From positions 1 through 20,826 of the forward strand of contig CAZVZC010000037.1 in NCBI GenBank assembly GCA_964631415.1: a DNA stretch of 20,826 bases, written 5' to 3'. Source of the stretch: an uncultured archaeon. GTDB taxonomy: Archaea; Asgardarchaeota; Thorarchaeia; Thorarchaeales; Thorarchaeaceae. Within the stretch, counting starts at the first letter, position 1, and every line of letters begins with the position of its first letter. The position numbers and the translations under genes were made by a program. The notes under the pieces are model-generated. The model did no database searches. It was not told the DNA's origin and saw only the letters and a program-made list of their open reading frames with translations. Of the stretch, positions 1-6,597 are shown piece by piece.

Positions 1-1
1 A

Positions 2-616
2 TGTGGCTACTCTGGCACCTATCACAGCACTGACGGTGGCCAAACGTGGGCAAAGATGTTCAATCTGGGTGGTTGGGCCATGTCCTTCGTGAGCAATACT
101 GAGGCTTGGCTTGTGGATGATGACTGGCTTGCTCACATGACGAATGGAGAGAATTGGACCGAACTGACAGTGCCCGGGGGCTTCCCGTGGTTCCGTCTGA
201 TGGGCCCCTACCTGACAGACATCCAGTTCGTCGACAAGAGCCACGGGTGGATCGTTGGTATCGAAACACCAGTCATGTATACTCCTGATGGAGGAGCGAA
301 CTGGTACAGGCAGAGCGTGCCCCCGATTGTGGATGACACAGACCCACGCATTATGGCGATAGACTGCATCAACCGGACTCACGGCTGGGTCGTGGGGTCG
401 CACGGGGTCATAATGAGGACTACTAGTGCAGACAGCCTTGGAGTGCGTCTCTGGGGCGGGTCTGCAGACCCGCTGTTCCTGTCGGTCATCGGGGCTGTGG
501 CAGTAGTCATCGTAGGAGGAGTCTTCGCCTTTTGTCGCCGTAGAAAGAGGGCTGCCACAAGGGCGGGGTTTCGAGAAGGGCCTGATGAGAGAACCAGCCC
601 ACCAGCACTGGTATGA
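2..616 (+). CDS. Asp-box (BNR)/YCF48-like beta-propeller surface protein with C-terminal membrane anchor, 5'-partial
   Basis: Frame is open from position 2 (CGYSGTYHSTDGGQTWAKM...). Asp-box-like motifs STDGGQTW and TPDGGANW, blade motifs DIQFVDKSHGWIVG and AIDCINRTHGWVVG, C-terminal hydrophobic helix followed by RRRKR. Confidence 0.8.
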   Translation, partial: CGYSGTYHSTDGGQTWAKMFNLGGWAMSFVSNTEAWLVDDDWLAHMTNGENWTELTVPGGFPWFRLMGPYLTDIQFVDKSHGWIVGIETPVMYTPDGGANWYRQSVPPIVDDTDPRIMAIDCINRTHGWVVGSHGVIMRTTSADSLGVRLWGGSADPLFLSVIGAVAVVIVGGVFAFCRRRKRAATRAGFREGPDERTSPPALV

Positions 617-826
617 ATGCAGAAACAGCAATGGAGCCTTTGCATCGAGTGACTGGCGAATGTATGATTGCAGACTTTCTACACAAGAGCTGCAGAGTTC
701 TCACTTGTGGAGGAAAGAGAGTCTGCCCTCCATTCAGTGCGCTCTTCGACCGCGTGTCTGGAGCCTGTATCGAACACGAATTCCAGAGCGAAACAGAGAA
801 CCCTTGAGAGCTTGGTCCGAGTCCTG

Positions 827-840
827 CGAAAGGATTAAAT
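827..840 (+). promoter_or_regulatory. Putative BRE/TATA promoter for the tRNA gene
   Basis: CGAAAG-GATTAAAT about 60 nt upstream of the tRNA 5' end. Confidence 0.5.
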
Positions 841-899
841 CAGCAACCAACGCCTCGCACGCAGCGGTCCCTCGGACCCAACCAAATGGAACTAGAAAT

Positions 900-1071
900 G
901 GGGACGTGGCCTAGGCCGGTAAGGCGACGGGCGAGGTCCACGCATCGCCGTGGATTTACGCACTCCAGATCCGGTGAACATACGGGGTCATCAGGAAAAG
1001 CAACTCGTCGATCCAGGGTTCAAAGCATCCTCACAACCCGTGAGCCTGTGAAAGTCCCTGCGTCCCCACCA
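900..1071 (+). tRNA. tRNA-Trp(CCA) with three introns (32/33: 933-963; 37/38: 969-1002; 59/60: 1025-1054) and encoded CCA
   Basis: Acceptor stem GGGGACG (900-906)/CGTCCCC (1061-1067) plus ACCA; D-stem GCCT/AGGC; anticodon stem ACGGG/CTCGT; variable loop CGATC; T-stem CAGGG/CCCTG. Removing the three inserts gives a 77-nt cloverleaf with anticodon loop CTCCAGA and T-loop TTCAAAT. The T-loop intron has a perfect BHB; the two anticodon-arm boundaries are less certain. Confidence 0.88.
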
Positions 1072-1122
1072 GTTCCATCCCCTGTCGTGACGTAGTTCTT
1101 CTGAGTATCCATTGCTCGCATA

Positions 1123-1140
1123 GAAAGCGCCTTTTAATAT
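1123..1140 (+). promoter_or_regulatory. Putative BRE/TATA promoter
   Basis: GAAAGCGC-CTTTTAATAT upstream of GGTGA (1171-1175) and TTG at 1181. Confidence 0.55.
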
Positions 1141-1180
1141 TCATACGAGATTGACAGTACATTCCATTCAGGTGATTTGG

Positions 1181-2065
1181 TTGACTTGGCCCACGCGTGT
1201 CATCTTGGTGATTTTCTTAGCTGTCATAGTCACGATGGGAGCAAGTGCTCCGAACTTCACTGCAGCAGTTGCTGACACAGGTCAGTCGCCTTCGCCTGCT
1301 GTCGAAACGTTTGAGATTGATGTCTTTACTTACCGCGTGTCAATCAGACTACCTGACGGTACAGAGGGACTTCTGGTGCGTGGTAAGTTCACTGTGATCT
1401 ACCTGTATGAACATCACCAACCGACCGTGACAGAGCATTATATGTCAGTCTCTGTGGGCTTCTACTACGGCGAAACAGTGCTGGGTCGTGCTGTGCTTCA
1501 GAACGTCACATGCAATAGTATCGCGTTTTATCCCAAGTGGCATGACAGCACAGGACGTCTTCATGACTTGTATATGACTACCCACTTGTTCATGTTCAAC
1601 GATTCCATCAGAAATGGCCAATTTGTGGGCGAAATGCTCCTCATGGATCCCGAGTCAGCATCCCGTTACATTTCGGATTTCGGCGGAACCCTAGTCATCA
1701 ATGGTCTGACGTTTGTGCTTAGTGATGGAACTGAGGTTGTTGTCACTGAAGGCACGATTGAGATTGTGCTTGAAAAGTTCTACAATGACTATGCCCCAGC
1801 TCCAGCCATACTTGGAGGAAGTAGCAACCTGACGTACTCCGCTGACTCATCCATGATGATTGTGGCGGCCAGTGGCAGTGCATCTGTCCCATTCATAGTA
1901 CTTCTGGACTCGTTGATTGTAGTCGCAATAGTAGGAACTGCCGGCACACTATTGATTCTCATAACGCTGCACTTGACAGGACATGTTAGACTGCCATTCG
2001 GCAGAGTCAGAAGTCGCATCCTGCGGCAAATCAGTCTGCGAAAGGATGAACGATTCCCGCGTTAG
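1181..2065 (+). CDS. Hypothetical membrane-anchored exported protein
   Basis: Long ORF with N-terminal hydrophobic segment (VILVIFLAVIVTMGA) and C-terminal TM helix with basic tail. Start moved from 1151 to TTG 1181 because of the GGTGA Shine-Dalgarno and TATA position. Confidence 0.7.
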   Translation: MTWPTRVILVIFLAVIVTMGASAPNFTAAVADTGQSPSPAVETFEIDVFTYRVSIRLPDGTEGLLVRGKFTVIYLYEHHQPTVTEHYMSVSVGFYYGETVLGRAVLQNVTCNSIAFYPKWHDSTGRLHDLYMTTHLFMFNDSIRNGQFVGEMLLMDPESASRYISDFGGTLVINGLTFVLSDGTEVVVTEGTIEIVLEKFYNDYAPAPAILGGSSNLTYSADSSMMIVAASGSASVPFIVLLDSLIVVAIVGTAGTLLILITLHLTGHVRLPFGRVRSRILRQISLRKDERFPR

Positions 2066-2164
2066 ACTGGAGTGTCAGCGTAGCACCCGTGCGTTGCGTG
2101 ACACGGGCTTGGACGCTGTTCCGCTAAGATGACACCGGATTGGCTGTTGAAGCCAGAGAGCAAT

Positions 2165-2172
2165 CTTTAAAA
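2165..2172 (+). promoter_or_regulatory. TATA box for 5S rRNA
   Basis: CTTTAAAA about 25-30 nt upstream of the 5S 5' end. Confidence 0.6.
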
Positions 2173-2196
2173 CTCAATTGGCTGAGTCGATGACTT

Positions 2197-2315
2197 GATG
2201 GCGGCCATAGGCGCCGGGGTCCACCGGAACTCGTTCCGATCTCCGAAGTTAAGGCCGGTGCCGTTGCAGCAAGTGTGCGGTGCGCGAGCCCGTGACAAGG
2301 CTGCAAGCTGCCACA
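2197..2315 (+). rRNA. rrf: 5S rRNA, stand-alone
   Basis: Helix I TGGCGGC (2199-2205)/GCTGCCA (2307-2313); GGCCATAG start and CCGATCTCCGAAGTTAAG loop C region typical of 5S; about 119 nt followed by a pyrimidine-rich tract. Ends approximate. Confidence 0.93.
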
Positions 2316-2428
2316 CTCTCCTTCTCTCACTCTTGAGATTCCATTCTCGTAAGTTATTTCTGATGCTACACAGCTTCTCCTACATAGAAACCATTAAAGC
2401 ATAACCTGAGGACCTCTCTTTGATGTAA

Positions 2429-3547
2429 ATGTCCAGTACACAGCCCAGTGAGTTCAGTTGGATAATCAACTTGTTGTTCTTCGGTTTCATCATGCTGTTC
2501 AGCCTCTACGGTGCAAAGATACAGATGTGGCAGTGGCTCAACCAGATTAAGATGGGGCTGGGAGAACTCAGGCGTATGTCTGATGATTCAAAACAGAAGG
2601 CCATCGACACTTTCAAGGAGTTCGGCAAGAGCCAAGACGAAGTCACCAAGGGAATTGAGCGCTGGCTGGACTACTTCACAATCATGCCAGTGGACCTGGA
2701 TCCAGCAGGAGTACTGAAACGCCTCGACCACCTGCTCGATGAGCGCAGGGACCGTTTCCAAGAGTATGTCAGAGAGCTGGCCCCGAATGCGACCTCGTCT
2801 GTGGACCAGAACTTGGAGAACACCCTTGAGGTCACACAGGTCTTATCACTGATATTTCGAGTTGTCAGGCACTTCTACCTCCTAGGCAAAAAGACAGGCA
2901 GCCAGCTCATAATAATGCAGGTTCAGATGCAGATGCCAGAACTCTTGCGAATGGCCAAGGCATACTACGATGCCATTGGAGCCTTCTCTGACGGAAAGCC
3001 CATCGGCGACGGTCTAGGACCACTGGTCATCAGTAAATTCGCTAGGCGATATGGCGTCAGCTCAGAGGCCTATGTTCAAGAGATTGGCCGGGAAGTGGGA
3101 TACTATCCGGTGGAGGCCGAAGGAAGGACCATCTATGCTCTGAGAGCGACTGGTCCCGGAGGAACTGTGGGCAAACCTGGTTTCGCTGTGAAGACGATAG
3201 TCGACCAGAACGAGGGACGGATTGCACGAATAATCACTGTCGATGCGGCCCTGAAGCTGGAGGGAGAGGAAACCGGACGCGTTTCTGAAGGCACAGGAGC
3301 AGCAATAGGTGACCCAGGACCAGAGAAGCATGCTATTGAGGAGACCGCGACAGAGAATGGCATTGGAATCGAAGCCATAGTAGTCAAAGAAGATGAGGCC
3401 GGAGCAGTCGGCGTGATGCAGAAAAAGGTCCTTGATGCAGTCCCTGAGGTGATTGAGCGAATCAGAGAGGTAATACTGAAACGCACAAAGCCGGGTGACA
3501 AAATCATTCTGGCAGGCATCGGCAACACGATGGGTATAGGTATCTGA
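2429..3547 (+). CDS. DUF1512 family protein (N-terminal TM, C-terminal YyaC/GPR-like peptidase-fold domain)
   Basis: Motifs PIGDGLGPLV, GPGGTVGKPG, IITVDAALKLEGE, GAAIGDPGPEK and terminal GIGNTMGIG. Confidence 0.85.
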   Translation: MSSTQPSEFSWIINLLFFGFIMLFSLYGAKIQMWQWLNQIKMGLGELRRMSDDSKQKAIDTFKEFGKSQDEVTKGIERWLDYFTIMPVDLDPAGVLKRLDHLLDERRDRFQEYVRELAPNATSSVDQNLENTLEVTQVLSLIFRVVRHFYLLGKKTGSQLIIMQVQMQMPELLRMAKAYYDAIGAFSDGKPIGDGLGPLVISKFARRYGVSSEAYVQEIGREVGYYPVEAEGRTIYALRATGPGGTVGKPGFAVKTIVDQNEGRIARIITVDAALKLEGEETGRVSEGTGAAIGDPGPEKHAIEETATENGIGIEAIVVKEDEAGAVGVMQKKVLDAVPEVIERIREVILKRTKPGDKIILAGIGNTMGIGI

Positions 3548-3548
3548 G

Positions 3549-3926
3549 GTGCCAAGATTGGGATTACTTTCCAAAGTCATTGGGGCAATCATATCAGGAG
3601 CCGGAGCGTTGATACTGTTCTATGGTATGAGCGACGCCAACATGTCATGGGTGTGGTTCTTCATCGGACTCCTAGTCATATCAATCGGATTCCAAATGCT
3701 GACATCTGGCAGAGAGCCAAAGGCGCCAAAGCCACCTCCTCCCACAATCACCGAAGTGAGATGCAACAACCCAAATTGTGACTTCAAGGATATCAGGGAC
3801 TTTCAGAAAGGTGACTATGTCCTCAAACCTCTTGATGCAAAGTGCCCCAAATGCGGGTCGATGATGACCATAGAAGGGGTCTATATCGTGAAGGAAGAAG
3901 AGGACAAAGAGAAGAGCAATGTCTAG
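3549..3926 (+). CDS. Small membrane protein with C-terminal zinc ribbon
   Basis: Two TM helices, Pro-rich linker, CNNPNC...CPKC; starts 1 nt after the DUF1512 stop. Confidence 0.8.
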   Translation: MPRLGLLSKVIGAIISGAGALILFYGMSDANMSWVWFFIGLLVISIGFQMLTSGREPKAPKPPPPTITEVRCNNPNCDFKDIRDFQKGDYVLKPLDAKCPKCGSMMTIEGVYIVKEEEDKEKSNV

Positions 3927-4819
3927 TCGGGCCGAGTCAGCACGACCGCACGTTCTTCCGAAACAAACACCGTGTGCTCAGTCTGAGCCACAGGACGCCC
4001 GCTCCGCTCCGACAGGACTGGAAATCCTCTGATCACCTTAGACTTGAGAAGCTCCTTGAACACTGCTAGTACGTCGAGATCCTTTTCAGACGTGCCCACC
4101 CATCTTGAGGTGAATGGGAGTGTGCCGTATCGCTCCCGCAGGTGCACCCGCAGCTTCTCAGCCATGCCATCCAAGGTCTTCTCGAGTCCAGTGTTGGCAA
4201 AGATGTAGACGTTCTTTGTGTCTGTCACGCCAGTGCCACTTGTGGCGAATGGCTCAATCGCGTAATACTCGCCCTCGACAATCAGGCCTGCGTCGTGAGT
4301 CTTGTGGTTGGGCACCGCCTTCCCTGCATGTAGCTTGTATCTTTCAAGACTGTGTCCTGCCAGTTCCTTCACGGGCCTAAGACCATAGGCTTTAATCACT
4401 CTCTCGATTTCGCGCCCCACATCGCTGAGATGCAGCCCTGGCCTGATCATTGATACGGCCTCTTCAATAGCATCATCAGTGGCCGATGTGAAACCTTCGA
4501 GTGTGCCGTCAAGGTCGACTGTCTTTGCAGTGTCAGCGATGTACCCATCAACATGAACGCCAACATCTATCTTCACGAGCCCGAAGCTTGGTATCGTTGA
4601 ACGATCGTCGCGAGGAGACGTATAGTGTGCAGCCACGTCGTTGATACAGATGTTACATGGAAAAGCGGGCATGCCACCGTAATCGATTGTCTTCTTCTCG
4701 GCAAGCCTGCAGAGAGTGAGGACTCTGGCACCTGGCTTGACCTCTTCAGCAATCTCTCTCAGGACGCGAGATGCGATCTTGCCTGATTGCAGATGAGCAG
4801 GATGAGGAGAAACACCCAT
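3923..4819 (-). CDS. map: Methionine aminopeptidase type II (copy 1)
   Basis: AFPCN...AAHYT, KIDVG..DGYIADTA, GHSL, LHAG, AIEPF, AQTEHT; metal ligands intact. Confidence 0.95.
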   Translation of the reverse strand: MGVSPHPAHLQSGKIASRVLREIAEEVKPGARVLTLCRLAEKKTIDYGGMPAFPCNICINDVAAHYTSPRDDRSTIPSFGLVKIDVGVHVDGYIADTAKTVDLDGTLEGFTSATDDAIEEAVSMIRPGLHLSDVGREIERVIKAYGLRPVKELAGHSLERYKLHAGKAVPNHKTHDAGLIVEGEYYAIEPFATSGTGVTDTKNVYIFANTGLEKTLDGMAEKLRVHLRERYGTLPFTSRWVGTSEKDLDVLAVFKELLKSKVIRGFPVLSERSGRPVAQTEHTVFVSEERAVVLTRPD

Positions 4820-4878
4820 TCAGATTCCTCTAGTAAATTCATTGACTCGGTCCTTAAGAGATTTCATCAACGCACTGG

Positions 4879-5790
4879 TCATTTGTTGTCACGAAGGGTT
4901 GTAACTACTGCTCCGTCCTCGGTCACGAACAGACTGTGTTCAGATTGAGCAACCATACCACCCTTGCCCTCAATGAGTACTGGGTATCCTCTGATAGCAC
5001 CTGTCCGGACAAGCGTCGGAATGGCGAGTACAGGGTCAATTCCGTCTTCGTAAAGCCATCTGGAGGCCCATGGCAGTGTACCGAACCTCCTTCGTGCGAT
5101 GTCACGAACACCGCCAATGAATGGGTCGAGAGTCTGTTTGCCAGACATCACGTTCGCGTAAATGAAGGCCTTGTCGCTGTTTCTCACGGTGCCATTGCCA
5201 TCTGTTGAAAAGGGCTCGACAGCGTAGGTCTCTCCTGACTTCATCACCTCGCTTCCTCTGACGCCGACATTAGGCACATTCTTGCCTGCATGGAGTGTCC
5301 AAGGTGCAAGTTGATGACCTGACAACTGATGCACGGGAATGAGCCCTTCTCGTCTAATTGCCCGTTCTATCACCCTGCCAACCTCGCCCAGTCTGACACC
5401 GGCACGAATTACGTCGATGGCCGCTTCTAACGCTGTTTCAGCGGCACCAACGTACCTCTCAAAGGAGCCATCGAGATCCACAGTCACAGCTGTGTCAGAG
5501 ATGTGGCCATTCACATGGGCTCCAAGATCGACCTTGACCAAGCCTCTATCTGGCAACACTCTGGTGTCAGCATGTGGGCTAGTGTAGTGCGCAGCCTCCT
5601 CATTCACAGAAACGTTACAAGGAAATGCAATGCCTGCTCGACCACCACCGTACTCTAGGATCCTCTTCTCTGCAAGAGTGCATATTGTCAGAACCTTTGC
5701 TCCAGGCTTGACCTCCTTTGTGACTTCAGACAATACGCGTGCTGCAATACGTCCAGCCTCCACGAAGTCGGGATGTGGTCGAATGCTCAT
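4879..5790 (-). CDS. map: Methionine aminopeptidase type II (copy 2)
   Basis: AFPCN...AAHYT, KVDLG..NGHISDTA, GHQL, LHAG, AVEPF, AQSEHS. Start set at ATG 5790 (MSIRPHP) by similarity to copy 1 (MGVSPHP). Confidence 0.93.
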   Translation of the reverse strand: MSIRPHPDFVEAGRIAARVLSEVTKEVKPGAKVLTICTLAEKRILEYGGGRAGIAFPCNVSVNEEAAHYTSPHADTRVLPDRGLVKVDLGAHVNGHISDTAVTVDLDGSFERYVGAAETALEAAIDVIRAGVRLGEVGRVIERAIRREGLIPVHQLSGHQLAPWTLHAGKNVPNVGVRGSEVMKSGETYAVEPFSTDGNGTVRNSDKAFIYANVMSGKQTLDPFIGGVRDIARRRFGTLPWASRWLYEDGIDPVLAIPTLVRTGAIRGYPVLIEGKGGMVAQSEHSLFVTEDGAVVTTLRDNK

Positions 5791-5798
5791 TTCGTGAA

Positions 5799-5820
5799 CT
5801 CCAAGAGTGCTCCAAGAGTG
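5799..5820. repeat. Perfect 11-bp tandem duplication
   Basis: CTCCAAGAGTG at 5799-5809 and 5810-5820. Confidence 0.9.
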
Positions 5821-5825
5821 TGGTG

Positions 5826-5839
5826 TCTTAAAGCGTTCG
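5826..5839 (-). promoter_or_regulatory. Putative BRE/TATA promoter of map copy 2
   Basis: Minus strand reads CGAACGC-TTTAAG about 38 nt upstream of ATG 5790. Confidence 0.5.
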
Positions 5840-6597
5840 TGTTGAGAAGCCGTGAAAGCGAACAAGCGAATCCGGTACCACCTTGAGATCGCAGCACAAT
5901 TCAACAAGAAGCAGGAGTGGCCGATGCCTGTGCCCCAGACACAAACCCCCAGAATCATGGCATCAGACATCATGTCTGGCTCAGCTGAGCTGCCTCGTGC
6001 CGGGTTCCTTTGGCATCGACCGACCTGCCAATGTACGAAACCGGGGTGACCCGAACTCATCTTGGGATATACATCCACGTCATCCGGGTCCGTTGTGGCT
6101 CGTCCAAACGGTGCTTGGCAGGTCAATGTTCAGACAGTGATTTGACCACTGAGGGCAGAATGACCTGTCCGGCCACAATGTCTTCAGTGATCAAGAACTC
6201 TGCTGAACAGGACAACATTGCCCAAGTATGCTATTAGGCTTGTCGACTGGTGGAACTGGGACGATGCGGAGGCTATGCATTAACGACACGTTCAAATACA
6301 ACGTTCCCAAGATGCTCCTACAGTGCTGAGTAATTCTCAGCCCAAGATTGCATATCATAAGATAATCACATCACATGCGCCTCAGGCCCCTCAGTACTGA
6401 AATGAGCCCAGGCTGGTGATAGAACACCACACTGGTCACAGGACCATTATCAATCACAGAATCATCATCCATTCACATCAAACTCACAGGATAATTGGCA
6501 GGACTCGGAGTCAAAGGCAAAGAAAGTCACACGTCCTAGAACGTGGAAGACGTCTAACCCAGATGAGAGTAGTCAATGGAGCGCTGGACTCGGCGGG

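Noticed and set aside
932-959. Alternative splice giving a UUA (ochre suppressor) anticodon from TTTA at 955-958
   Set aside because: Would place C at position 37, lacks BHB geometry, and the tRNA body fits Trp.
988-994. Box C-like TGATGA on the minus strand of the tRNA intron
   Set aside because: Wrong strand for an intron-encoded guide and no properly placed box D.
585-1095. ORFs 585-914, 613-807 and 886-1095
   Set aside because: No recognisable protein features; two of them overlap the tRNA-Trp or its promoter.
2124-2404. ORFs 2124-2330 and 2195-2404
   Set aside because: Shadow ORFs over the 5S rRNA.
6030-6090. TPP riboswitch or hammerhead ribozyme
   Set aside because: Core motifs are incomplete or split between strands.
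5791-6126. 112-aa N-terminal extension of map copy 2 in the ORF track
   Set aside because: Not protein-like, absent from copy 1, and a promoter-like element lies just upstream of ATG 5790.
5852-6145. Selenoprotein by read-through of TGA 6047-6049
   Set aside because: No known selenoprotein motif, and the ATGA-containing hairpin motifs are on the opposite strand.
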